A stretch of 64,000 nucleotides of DNA from Rhizodiscina lignyota. Lineage: Eukaryota. Positions 1-12,248 of this stretch are shown piece by piece. Location: assembly GCA_010015805.1 (NCBI GenBank), contig ML978121.1, positions 1,054,001 to 1,118,000 of the forward strand, written 5' to 3'. Both the position numbers and the translations under genes were made by a program. The notes beneath the pieces are model-generated. The model was not told where the DNA came from. It ran no database searches and worked only from the letters and a program-made list of their open reading frames with translations. Each line of letters opens with the position of its first letter. Within the stretch, counting starts at the first letter, position 1.

Positions 1-32
1 TTGCGCAACGTTCTCTTTCGATCCTTTCGACA

Positions 33-1379
33 ATGACAGAACATCCAGGGACCACGCAGTTGAGCGTGGTACCATCTGCTGACGAGATTCTCGCCGAAAG
101 TCTCCGCCAACTTTGCATAGAAGATGTCACGGAGGCAAAATCGGTGTTCCGATTCCTTGATCTCCCTTTAGAACTTCGTAACGAAATCTATGAGGACCTG
201 CTTTTGCACTACCGCCCCGGATTAATGCACGCGTACCATGAGAACGAGACATTCTGGAAAACCCCGTCTGAACTGTGGCCAGACTACCAGAAAGAGGAGC
301 TACGTCCGCTCCTGGACGAAATAATGGGCGTCTCTTGGAGCAAGTCATACTTTCCGAGCGCTATCTTCGAGGTCAACAAGCAAATCCGTCAGGAGAGTCT
401 GCATATTGTCCATTCAGCGAAGCTGACTTGGATCATTGTACACACGGATATGCCGGATTACGCTCGCAAGCTGTCCTCAGCGGGCTTTCCTGTCGCCTTG
501 GCATCGCAAATCCACAAGATTAGGCACCCCATCATGACTGTCAAGCTTGCCTTTAATCGTAACCGCCCTGGGCTTGCGTATCTTCAGGACCCTTTCGCCG
601 TACACATACGCGACGCCCACAATGTCTTTCGTGCTCTGAATCTTACAGAGTCGAAAGGACGGTGCTACATAACTGCCAGGTTTTGGGAAGTTCCGGAGTC
701 TACTGAGTTGTCACAAGCACAGAGTGTGATTCAGAACATGGTAGAGTCTTTGGCGCTCTGCCGTGGAGTTCGCAAATTGATATTTGAAGGCGTAAACGAG
801 CTCCCAAAGAGATTGGATGTGGGTGGAGACGTTGGTCAAACCTGGGGAATGAAGATCGCCGACATTCGTTGGAGGGCACGTCGCAATAGGAAGCTGCGGG
901 AGTTTGTGTGTCCCTTTCAGGGGTACAGGACGGCTGGGGCAGACGCATGCAAAGTTCAGGACTGGACAGCGGCCAGAGGCATCTACATTTGTGCTATCCT
1001 CAAAGCTCGCGATGTGATGATGCGCTACGACGATCCACGCAGCGTACTCTCCATGCCTGAAGATCTTCCCATTCTTGTCTGCCTATTCATGTCCAACCTT
1101 GGCTTCTGCTCCTACAAACTCGGAATGTACCGAGCAGCACTACACCAGCTGAATTTAGTCATGGAATGCACGGGAGGTCCAGGATATTGGCTCACCGAGG
1201 CGTTCTATCGTCGTGCCCTTGTCTACAACGCGCTTGGGAAGTATGCTGATGCACTCCTCGACCTCGTACGAGCTTTGTGCAGACTTCTTGGCGATTCTAC
1301 CATCCTCAAGGAGATTTCCAACCCAAAGAACATGCTCGCGGAAGTGGCTGGGGCCGAGGAAGAGGCTGCTGCCGTCTAG
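33..1379 (+). CDS. Hypothetical protein with N-terminal F-box-like motif and C-terminal TPR repeats
   Basis: 448-aa intronless ORF. FRFLDLPLELRNEIYEDLL is the common fungal F-box-like LP.E.R..IY motif. The C-terminus (SNLGFCSYKLGMYRAAL...EAFYRRALVYNALGKYADALLDL) fits the TPR consensus. Confidence 0.65.
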   Translation: MTEHPGTTQLSVVPSADEILAESLRQLCIEDVTEAKSVFRFLDLPLELRNEIYEDLLLHYRPGLMHAYHENETFWKTPSELWPDYQKEELRPLLDEIMGVSWSKSYFPSAIFEVNKQIRQESLHIVHSAKLTWIIVHTDMPDYARKLSSAGFPVALASQIHKIRHPIMTVKLAFNRNRPGLAYLQDPFAVHIRDAHNVFRALNLTESKGRCYITARFWEVPESTELSQAQSVIQNMVESLALCRGVRKLIFEGVNELPKRLDVGGDVGQTWGMKIADIRWRARRNRKLREFVCPFQGYRTAGADACKVQDWTAARGIYICAILKARDVMMRYDDPRSVLSMPEDLPILVCLFMSNLGFCSYKLGMYRAALHQLNLVMECTGGPGYWLTEAFYRRALVYNALGKYADALLDLVRALCRLLGDSTILKEISNPKNMLAEVAGAEEEAAAV

Positions 1380-1915
1380 GAACGACGGGGGTATTAAAGG
1401 ATGTCTTCGAGCATGAACAAGAAGAATTCGAAATTCGGGGATAGGAGACAAGCAGGTGAAGAAGCAGAAATGAAAAGTTACATCTGGCAAATGCAAGAGG
1501 CATAATTGCGGACTTGCCTCCACGAGTTATTTGGTTATTTTGGCTTCTTTGAACTTCTTTGGCTTAAAGTTTGATGACTCTTGCAGAAGGTCTGATTAAA
1601 GAAACGTGTGGTTATTAGTGCTACGTTCGGGTCGGGAAGCTTTAATGATACAACGAGGCAGCTGGAATACTTTCTCAATCACCAGTTGAAATGTATGATT
1701 GAAAAAAAGTAATTGGAGTCACAAATAGAATTTCCTATCTCTTTGAGGATGCTATTACATCCAACAGATCAATTACAAGTAATGTCTCTAGGGAGTGTGA
1801 TTATCTAAGTCGTAAAATCCAACCAATACCGATGCGCCCATGTTATTCGAGATGCTTTTCATTGTGATCCTTCAGATGCAGCGTGTCCAGTTTTCTTCAG
1901 ACCTGAACGCCGTGT

Positions 1916-4900
1916 TCAGTATCTCCCATAGCCCTCAGGCTTAGCTGCCGAGCTGGTGCTCTGCGCACCCCAGCCTTCTGAAGCGCGGCTGCTTGCGGAA
2001 GCCGTGATTCCGCTAGCATATGTAGATTCGGTCTTGGAACCCCAGCCTCCGTGCTCACTGCTGCTGCTCGGAGTTGCCGAGACGGCACCGGCGGGCGTGG
2101 ATTCAGTCTGCGAACCCCAGCCGTGGTGCTTGCTGCTCTCAGATGCCGAAACTCCACCGACTGGTGTGGATTCACCGCAGGTAGAGACCGTCACGGTGGA
2201 TGCAGGCAACGTGGATGTGACATACGCTGTGGAGACGGCAGCCTCTGTGGATGTGACGTAGGCTGTCGTAGTATCCACCTCAGTTCGGGTCTCAGCCGGT
2301 GCGGTCCTGTACTCGTACTCCTTCTTCGTCTCGACCTGCACGACAGTCCCTGCATAAAGTTAGAAATCATTCAAAATCCGCACAACGAAGGTACATACTC
2401 GTATACTGGACTCTCCTCAACTTAGTGGAGGTCAGTGTGGAGTAAACCGTGTGTGTAGCCGTCGCTTTCTGTTTCCTGTCAGCATACTCTCGTTGCGGAT
2501 TAGGTTGAGACGTACCTCAAAGTCGGTAGTCGTAACTGTGGCAAATTCTTTCGACGTCTCGGTTTCAGTTTCGGTTACTTGACAAAGTTAGCTTCCTATA
2601 TCGCAACAAGCTGATCATCTACTAACCTGGAGCAGCGGTCTTGTAAATGGTGGTGGTTGTGACGGAATTCTTAACAGGTCCAACTGGCGTGGAGGCTGGG
2701 ATTGAGCAGCTGCCGCTAACAGTCGAGACCTTCGTGTTGTATTGCGTCTCATAGCTGGTGAAAGTCGCGCCGTGAAGAGTTGTTACTTCAGTGGTGGTTG
2801 CGCCATGGAGAGTCTGAGTCTCGGTGGCCGTCGCGCCATGAATAGTCTTTACTTCAGTGGTAGTCGCACCGGGAACAGTCGTTACTTCGGTGGTAGTCGC
2901 ACCATGAAGGGTCTGCGTCTCGGTGGTAGTCGCACCGTGAAGGGTCTGCGTCTCAGTGCTGTATTTAGTCTCATAGCTAGTGAATGTCGCGCCATGAAGA
3001 GTCTTTACTTCAGTTGTGGTCGCGCCGTGAAGAGTTTGAGTCTCAGTCGTAGTCGCAATCTTTACTTCAGTAGTAGTAGCGCCATGAAGAGTCTGTGTCT
3101 CGGTAGTAGTGGCGCCGTGAAGAGTTCTCACCTCAGTGGTAGTCGCACCAGGAAGAGTCTTCACTTCAGTGGTAGTGGCGCCATGAAGAGTCGTCGTCTC
3201 CGTAGCAGTCGCGCCATGCAGCGTCGTTGTTTCGGTGACAGGGGAGAGGGTCTTGTAAATGGTTGAAGTCGTCACTGAGTTCTTGACGGGTCCAACAGGG
3301 GTAGAGGCGGGGGTCGAGGTGATGGTGCTATACTTCGTCTCATAGCTCGTGAAAGTCGCACCCCGTACAGTCTGTACTTCAGTGGTAGTGGCGCCGTGAA
3401 GAGTCTTGTAAACAGTAGAGGTCGCGCCAAAAGTCGCTGTTTCAGTCGTAGTGGCGCCGTGAAGAGTCTTGTAGACGGTGGCTGTCGTCACTTCAGTCGA
3501 TGTTTCAGTTGCAGTAGCGCCGTGAAGAGTAGTAGTTTCCGTGGCAGTAGCGCCGTGAAGAGTCTTGTAAACGGTGGCTGTCGTCGCTTCGGTCGATGTC
3601 TCCGTAGCAGTGGCGCCGTGAAGGGTAGTTGTTTCCGTAGCAGTAGCACCGTGAAGAGTCTTGTAAACGGTAGCTGTCGACACTTCCGTCGAAGTTTCAG
3701 TGGCAGTAGCGCCGTGAAGAGTAGTTGTTTCCGTGGTGGCGGTGCCCTGGAGAGTCTTGTAAACGGTCGCAGTTGTTACCTCGGTGGCGGTCGCGCCGTG
3801 AAGAGTAGTTACTTCTGTAGTAGTGGCACCGTGAAGAGTCTTGTAAACGGTAGCAGTCGCTACTTCAGTAGTAGTCGCACCGTGAAGAGTGCTGACTTCA
3901 GTTGTAGTGGCGCCGTGCAGAGTCTTGTAAACGGTGGCAGTCGCTACTTCAGTGGTGGTCGCACCGTGAAGAGTGCTGACCTCAGTAGTAGTGGCTCCGT
4001 GAAGAGTGGTTGTTTCGGTAGTAGTAGCCCCGTGAAGAGTAGTGGTTTCAGTAGTTGTAGCGCCATGAACCGTCTTATAAATGGTGGCAGTCGTTACCTC
4101 GGTAGCGGTCGCACCGTGAAGAGTCGTCACTTCAGTGGTAGTGGCTCCATGCAGAGTAGTTGTCTCAGTGCTAGTGGCACCGTGAAGAGTCTTATAAACG
4201 GTGGCAGTCGTTACTTCAGTAGCGGTCGCACCATGTAGAGTCGTCACTTCAGTTGTAGTGGCTCCGTGAAGAGTAGTTGTTTCGGTGACAGCTGAAGGAG
4301 AGAGAGTCTGGTAAACCGTGCTGGTTGTCACAGAGTTCTTGACAGGGCCGACGGGGGTGGAGGCTGGAGTCGAGCAGCTACTGCTGACAGTGCTATACTT
4401 CGTCTCATAGCAGGTGGTGGTCTCCCCGTGCAGGGTGGTTGTTGCGCCGTGCAACGTCGTGGTGGAGTATTGGGTAACGGTTGCACCCTCTGAGCAAACC
4501 AAGTCAGCACACGCACAAGAGAGAACAGGGCCAGACGAACCAGAGCTGGAGGCAACCGTGGTCGTCTCGGTTTCAGTTACAGTCGACACAGCTTGACAAT
4601 ATTAGCCTGCAGTCAGAATTTGCCTCATGGAAGTCATACCTGGCCTTCCGCCGACTGTCTTGGTCTGGGTAACGGTTGTCACCGAACCCTGGACTAACTG
4701 ACGTCAGTATATACTGGACTACTTTCAAGCGTCGACCGTACCTGGGCCAACAGGCGTAGAGCTGCCTTGAGCACATGTAGAGACGGTGGAGAGCTCGGAG
4801 GCTGTATAGCTCTCGGTCACGGTCTCGGTCTTGTAGCCGCTATTGAATCAATCAGTATCTTGTTTACCCGCTTATAAAAACTTGCGAGCTTACCTAAACA

Positions 4901-5788
4901 CCGTCTTGGTAGAATACACTGCTGGAGATTAACACATGATGGTTACTCAATGCAGAGAATGCATACCGGGAGATTCGCTCAGGGTGGACACGACAGTCTC
5001 AGTGCTAACAACTTAAAAGCTTATTAGATTCCAGTTTGATAGAGTTTGCTAGAGGACTTACCTGGGCTGGCACTGGAAACAACAGTCTCTGTTTCTAATG
5101 GGAGATGTTAGAAGTGAATTCTCCAGTGAACAGACACGTTATTAGATGCGTCACGGAATAACACACTTGTCGCTGCCTTAAAATCCGTCTCCGTTGCTAG
5201 AGGTCGAGTTAGTTTGCTGTAAGCACTGACCACGATGAGCTGAACTTACAAGTAACTACCGATGTCACAACTTGAACGTCCTTGGAGACAACAGTGGCTT
5301 TGATTTATTAGCAAGGACTTCCATCTGGTCTATTCGCACGACATACTTGTGACCACAGATTTCTCTACAGACGTCTCTGTTTGAGTAACTGGCGAAGCGC
5401 TTTCGACGACCGTCTTCGTATAAGCCGGTGCAGCCGGGGCGCTGCTCGTGACAGTTACTGTCGCCGTAGAGGCTGGGTGGACTTTGCACATGATTAGCTT
5501 GGGTTGAGCAATGAGTCTAGAGCACTTACCTGGTCCGACTGGAGTGCCCGAGCTGGCACAGGTCTCAACCGTGCTGATAGAAGTGCCCCAGGCAGTGGTG
5601 GTTCCCCAAGCCGTGGTGGTGGACCATTCGGTCACCGTACTCCCACTGCTTGCACTGCTTCCACCACTACCACCATATGAAGGAGGAGAATCCCTCTTGT
5701 CGACATTGCCAGAGCCACCGAGCCAATTCGGCAGAGCAGAGGCTTGCACAGCCAAAAGGCCGGCAAAGACCAATGTATCTCTGAGCAT
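1916..5788 (-). CDS. Secreted Thr-rich tandem-repeat protein (adhesin/mucin-like), 13 exons, ~1083 aa
   Basis: Signal peptide MLRDTLVFAGLLAVQASA and Kex2-like DKR. Exons read by eye: 5788-5530, 5472-5347, 5297-5250, 5196-5167, 5094-5062, 5011-4967, 4921-4894, 4839-4742, 4693-4640, 4591-2627, 2577-2516, 2468-2399, 2349-1916. All junctions are GT..AG; total 3252 nt, open to TGA at 1916-1918. Confidence 0.85.
2627..4460 (-). repeat. Coding tandem repeat array, ~33-nt unit encoding (T/K/Q)TLHGAT(T/A)TE(T/V)
   Basis: Recurrent gcgccgtgaagagt / gcaccgtgaagagt on the + strand. About 33 HG-containing units plus PG/QG/RG variants counted in the translation. Confidence 0.95.
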
Positions 5789-7892
5789 TTTGCGAGTCTC
5801 TCTCTGTTAAACGAATGGAATATTACAAACAAGTAAATGGTAAAAAGTAGCGATCGTGGTGAGAGAGAAGATTGACTCCTGCGACAAGCGGAAGAAGGGG
5901 GAGCAGATGAGAAGAATATATTGTCCTACCGCGACTGCTCAAGCTGTGTTGTGATGCTCTCTGGCTCCACAATGCTTAGAGCACGAACCTTGCGGGCAGG
6001 GAAACTCCCGATGGCGTGGCCGCCGCCGCTGGCGTCGGCCTTACGCCGCGTTTCACAAACAATGAAAGCCATCCGGCTGACCGGGACAAGGTTGAACGTA
6101 AAGTCGAAAGCAGGATTGAAAGGAAGAGCGTTTGATGCAGACCGAATATTCACTTGCATACGATATTGAAACTATTGGCGTGAATGAAACAAGTCTTAGA
6201 GTCTGAATGTACACCTGAAATGATATGATTTCTACTTCGGGCGAGCATTGTTACTGCAGAGCCAAGTCGATATGCAGATCTCGGAACCGGACAGCTCATC
6301 ACATTGTCTGTCTTTGTGCAACGGACGAATTGTGGTTCCTAAGGGAGGGCGGTCAGCGGTGCGGAACATGTGGCGAGCTGCACGCAACCGAACGTTGGCC
6401 AGATCTCTCGCCCTCAAACGTGGAGTAAACGCTCATTTCCACATCCCTCGTCCTCAGATCGCCGGAACCCAGCTTGAGATCGGTACCGCAGCTATGCAAA
6501 GAATGGTGTCATAGCTTGTTTGGAGAAGCGTACGATGGGTAGAGTTGGCGCAAATTGACGACTTCCGACATCGAATTTGTTTCTTCTCAATGTCCACCTT
6601 GGCACCTGCTGTGCCTGTCGATCGTACTTTGACGGAAAGGTACATGAGAGTCAACATTGGATCATCATGCTGCATCCCAGGCGTGGTTGGGAAGACCCGC
6701 TGCGAATGTATTGAGTGGAGGCTTAGAGCTGAGGTCGTCCACTCGGGATATTTCTGATGCTTGGCAGCGGTGAAACGCACAGCATGCCCTGTCCACTTCC
6801 CCAACTTCCGATCGCTCACCCCCGGGATGCTGCCCCTTTTCGCGGCCATTGGCGCACTACCGCCTTCCAAGCTTCCTTCCAAGCTTTTCTTCCCCTGAGC
6901 AGGCTGAGCTTAACGCAACCCGCTTTCTCGTGGCTTTGCCATGCCGGAACAGCCCTTAGCAGCCCTGACCTCCTTACGGCAAGAGACGGGCGTCACAAAC
7001 GGTAGAACGCGGTAGAACAGCCTCTCACTGGTAGATCTCTTGTTTAGCTCTCTCCTTTCTCGTCTGTCTCACTCGTGGCAGTTCTGCTTTGGGACGGGCC
7101 CAAGCACATCTTCTGCATCGACCAAGCTGCATTTCGTGCATAGAACATCCCCACGTGTCCAAGCGTTCTTCGCGGAACAGACGAGCTCAGGAGGCTTGTC
7201 TCACCTTGTCGGGCATCGCGCACGCAATCCACTGCCAACCTCTGCCAACCTCTGCCAGGCTTTGCCATGTCCCACGGCGCGTTGGGTGTCCGATGCCGTC
7301 TTTGAAGGTTGGAATCCCGCTCAATGGCCACCGACTGTCGACATGGTTCAACTACACACTCTGTGCCTTTGAAAGCTTATTCGTCCATCTTAGTACGTAA
7401 GTGGTATGCGGTCTCAAGGGGAAGAAGGCTCCACGTCTTCAACACACAACATACACAGGCTCTTCGAATAAAAGAGATCATGCCTCTAATTCCGTGAGGC
7501 TGTGCAACTCTAATAGATGGTAGCGAGTTAGATTGAGTTTCTGGGTTGCTCTCACCGGGATTGGACCAAAACCCATTTCCTACGCCCTCCTCACCTCATC
7601 GAGGTCAACCTTTCGCCGCTCTCGTGGCAGTGTAAACATCTACGCCGAGAATTGTTGCTTCCCGCTTTCAAGCGTCCAGTTACACCAAGATGGCGTCATA
7701 TGCAGTTATTTCTGCATGGCTGGCGCAGTGTACCTCGCGAATACTTTCTAATTCCTTTCGCTCATTGACCGCCACTTCACCACAATAATCAGGATGAGAT
7801 GAGAGTATTATCCATTATGTATCACAGTCGCTATTCAGACTATGCTCTATTACTTCTATTTTCGTAAGTCATGCATGAGGCTCGATTTATCG

Positions 7893-9624
7893 TCATACCC
7901 CCGTATTCGTTCCGTCTTTCGCCTTTGCTCTCCTGCTTTTCCAACATCCTCTTGCTACAAAGAGGATACTCAAACATAAACCCAGCCCAGCTAGGCCGAT
8001 GCCCATGTACTCAGCACTTCGGTATCCTTTCAACACGTCCGCCGTTGTTTGTCCTCCATTGTCTACCTGACTCTGCACCGTACCAGCGAAGCCCAGGCCA
8101 AGCGATATTGAGTAGTTTACAACTGTGTTGACCAAGCTCGCCGCGATGCCTTGGTGTCTTCTTGGCACAGCATTGCTGAGGATAACACAAGCTGCGGGGA
8201 ACGACATGTCCATACCAAACGGCGTCAGGATAGTCCCGACAAACGTCTGTGCCCAGTATATCTGTCCCACAGGAGTGGTGGCGAGCAATATGATCCCGAC
8301 CGTGAAGAAGGTCAAGGCAGCGGTCATCGTACCGGCGGGCCCGACTTTCGTGAGCATGTATCCGGTAGAAAGTGCAGCGCATAGTCCAGTGATGGCGACA
8401 GGACAGAGCATAGCCGATGCGAGCAGCGGTGGCTTCTCACGGAGCACCAGAAGTAGCTGCCACGTATAGAATATCCATATGCCGAATGTTGCCCAACCAC
8501 AGGCGATGCAACCAAGCACGAAACCGACATCTCCGTTGAGGGCTTCGAGGGGTATGAGCGGCGCAGGTGCAATCTTCACCTCGATGTAGAAGAAGACTGG
8601 CACAAGGAGGATACCGATGATGAGAAGGACATAGACGTACGCCTTGTCCCATCCAACGATGGGGGCTTGATTCCACGCAAAGTTAATGAGTACAAGGCTC
8701 ATAATGCCAACCAGGGCTCCGGGGATATCTAGGTCCCTTAGCTTCTCACGCAGAGTCATCCCTTCGATGTGCTTCTGAGGTATGTCTGGGACGACGAAGC
8801 TACCGACTACTGCTGTTATGACCAGTGCGATGGCAAAAGACCAGAACGTCCAAGGCCACCACGCAAGCGCGAATATACCGGCAAAGACCGATCCTAGAAT
8901 TCCGCCAGAGGGCGCACACGCGCCAAAGAAAGAGAAAGCCAGATTTTTCCTCATTCCAGGTGGGTATGTTGCTCCAAGAACAGCGATGCCGTTCGGTAAT
9001 GTTATTGCTGGGCCGATCCCCTGGAGCACGCGAGCGAAAACAAATAGAACATGATTGGAATAGACGGCACAACCGGCTACCAAAGACCACAATGCAAACC
9101 AGAGGTATCCGATCAGCAGCATACGCTTGTATCCAAAAAGATCACCAAGTCGACCAGAGAACAGGATGAATGTGCCGACGGTCAAAGAGTATCCCGCAAT
9201 TAACCAAGTTAAATCACCAGGATTGGTGATATGAAAGGAATCCCCGATAATGTGGAGGATGGAGAGTGTTTGGCCCAGGCCGATTTCTACGAGGCATTAG
9301 CAAGGTCGACCAAAATATGAGAAAACTGCTGAGGTATCACTCACGGGCTGTCAGTTGCGCGACGCATATCACCCCGACGAACAGGATTTCACGAGGCAGG
9401 GTCAAAGTCTCTGATAGCCATACGCTAGATTTCGTTCGTGATAAATCGAGGTCTGCACCGGTATCGTCTCCGACATCAATCTCTTCTTTCTTTTCCAGGT
9501 CCTCATTGTTATCGCATGAAACGGGCGATTCCATATCTGCGGTGTCCGGACGGTCTATCTCTGACTTTTCTATGTCTTTGTCGGAGAGCCCTTCGATGGG
9601 ACTGTTCTCTGCGCTCTCCATCAT
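7893..9624 (-). CDS. MFS drug/H+ antiporter (DHA2, ATR1/AMF1-like, ~14 TM)
   Basis: ATG at 9624, intron 9344-9287 (GTGAGT..CTAAT..TAG). Spliced motif QIGLGQTLSILHIIGDSF...WLIAGYSLTVGTFILFSGRLGDLFGYKR (MFS motif A) and PFGMDMSFPA are typical of this family. Confidence 0.9.
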
Positions 9625-10902
9625 CGTCAATTGAGAGTGTAATTAAAAGTCTTGAATCGCATATGAATGCCATATCGGATATGCGAGCCATCTTTCCTTT
9701 ATCCATTCCTGCAATTCGGCAATGGCATCAATGTGCAGGGGCGGTCGACATTCCGCGCACTGATTAAGCAAGAGGTCGGCCGTAGTACGAAACGCCGAAT
9801 CCACCAAAAGCGGGTGTCGAGAGTGGCCACGGCAGCAGGAATGGGGTAATTTACTAATGATGCAAGAGGTTTGCAGTGACGGAGTATCTCTGCGCGCGAG
9901 TACACAGGTACGGTCGAACTCTTGGATCCACCTCTGACCAATGAGCTTCGTGATATGGAGCAATGCTTCCCGAAGGAAAAGACATTTAGCCACCCAGATC
10001 TCCAGTTTAATATCTATTCGCTGACATGTTCCACCTTGTCGCGTAAGTCGACGTTCAGTATTCCTTATCCGAGATTGTCGGTGGCAGGTGCCTACAGCTC
10101 CTGACGCAATATTATGCTTTCCGGCGGAAAATACACCACTTTCTTTCGTGCTAGTACCGCGCATCATTGCTTAATTTGTATCGTACTCGCTGCTTCGCTG
10201 TTTCTTGAGCTCCTTATTCCGTAGTCCGTACCAATTAATTACTTCAGAAAGCCCCCATTCGCATAATTCAACCGTTTCTTACAGTATATTACCGCCTTCA
10301 GGCTTCCAGAACCTGTACAACATTTGTCAGGGCCAGCTTCGAGACTCGGCGCTTCGATATTGTACGACTAAGGAGGCCAATATTGGGAACTGTTTCCTTG
10401 CAAAGTACTCGGAATAACTTGCCCCGATATTATTGCCTGGCCACTCCATATGTAAGGTAGTAAAGCCAGCGAACGAGAGATTCCACATGATAATGGAGAA
10501 GCAAGTCAATCACTCACTAAACATCCAAGACGATGCGACCAATCGCCCGAAAACTTCGAGCTTTGAAGAGGTGGACCTTGGAGGTTATGTAAGTGTCAGA
10601 AGTCTCAAGTCGGTGATATCGTCGGTCTTACCCATGGGCATCAAAGCAAGAGCCCAGCATGTCTTGCTTCATTTTCGTTTATCGTCATTTCCAGCGGAAC
10701 AGTCAGATGAGTTCCATATTCGTGATTAAATTCTTATTTGTTTGCGCTTACCGGTACTCAAGTCCCTCGAATGTGGCAAATTTCACGAAATGGTTCATAC
10801 TCCGTACAATACCTACGGGAGAGATACTGTGGATGGAAGTGGAGGGGCACGAAGGTTCGGAATCAATGCGACGTCTCGCTGTGACCATGTATCATTTTCA
10901 TG

Positions 10903-12041
10903 CTACCATGACTTGCTCTGGCGCACTCTTCTAGCAATGTCTGATGGCGGTTTCCGCACAACAAGCCAGAACATAAACGAAGTCGCAACAGCAAGCCCGT
11001 ACCAGGTGAATATGTACTGCAAGTGATTGTTGCGGAGATTCACCTCTGCTGCTCGGCCGATCGGTATTCCTCGTGCTTCTCTGAAGTATGTTTCCCTTAG
11101 ATCGGGCTCTGATGGAACTTTCAGTATTCATAAGCGGCCCTGCTTGGAAGTACTCACGCATCGTCTCCTCCACCCAAACTGGCTGCGAACCAACAAACTC
11201 TGCCATCTCTGATACGGCTGGAAAATACCACTCTCCCTTTTCGGGTTTATTCAGGGGAGTAAACATGTTCTTTTTCCATGGCTGCCTCAGTAGACCTTGC
11301 ACTGTGACTAGCTCATCCGGCAATGCTTGCTGTCCGCCCTCCTTAAGCCTCTCTCTTTGGTTCCGGAACTTCTTTGAAATCCACCCTCTGCAAACCAATA
11401 CCTTGCTCTTCCTCATTCGCCCTCTATCGTCCATCTCTTCCCTCTCCAATGGAGTGATGACCAGATATCCATCGTCTCCATCATGTATTCGCGGCCCAAC
11501 CAACATTTCTTGGTCGTGTCGTAGCTTGCCGGTAGCGTATACCCTTCGGTAATCGAAGTCTTTAACCGCATCCGGATCGATGAAAAGGGGCAGAGGCAAT
11601 GGAGGTCGTACGAGACGGTCTTCGAAGCGTGCCATAAGGTCTGTTTTCCAGCCTAGGCGCTGTACTTGCCAAGTTCCCAAGGCAAAAGCGGTCAGTGGAA
11701 TAAGTGCTGGGAGAAAGTTAGCACTGATATTCTAGTCCGTGAAAGAACAATTGCGTGGTGAATCCGCACGTACCCAGAACGATCAGACCGCCATAATTGT
11801 GCTTTCGACGCATGCGAACCAGCCGAGGTGGCTCATCTAGAATTGATCTGAACTCTTTCTCTTCCGCAGCATTTGTAGACGCGAATCGCTTCTGTCCCAG
11901 TGGCCTTTCGCAGAGGCGAAGACGAAGGCATTGCGGACAAGTCCACGTCGCGCGACGGAACTCGATTTTCAAAGGCGATGTGCGGTATCCATTGTTTGTT
12001 TGCCTGAGCACTTCTGTGAAGACTCTCCTCGAAGGGAACAT
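10903..12041 (-). CDS. SHY1: SURF1/Shy1 cytochrome c oxidase assembly factor
   Basis: LGTWQVQRLGWK, GYLVITPL, VCRGWI and NLRNNHLQYIFTWYGL motifs. Introns 11773-11707 and 11157-11109. Arg-rich mitochondrial presequence. Start could alternatively be 12059. Confidence 0.92.
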
Positions 12042-12248
12042 GTTTCGCTTGGGGACCATGCTCGAGGCCATTCCCGGAGCTCCCAAAGCACAAACGTCAA
12101 GTACACCTGCACATGCCGGAGTTTAGCCGTTATCCTATATGGACCGTGCACATAAATTTCAACCTATCTCCACAATTTTTTTCGACACACTTTTAAGCTC
12201 CTCCACGCGTAAGACACCTCAATCAAACAACAACCAGGTCCCGTCAAA
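12042..12248. promoter_or_regulatory. Compact bidirectional promoter between SHY1 and the NOP6-like gene
   Basis: Divergent starts only ~200 bp apart. AAATTTC and AATTTTTTTC tracts at ~12154-12183 are loosely RRPE-like (inference). Confidence 0.5.

Noticed and set aside
2742..4238. Long + strand ORFs (174 aa, 280 aa) over the repeat region
   Set aside because: Antisense shadows of the Thr-rich repeat exon.
6860..7260. Short direct repeats (CTTCCAAGCTT x2, CGGTAGAAC x2, CTGCCAACCT x2.5)
   Set aside because: Ordinary micro-duplications in intergenic DNA; no terminal repeats or TSD indicating a mobile element.
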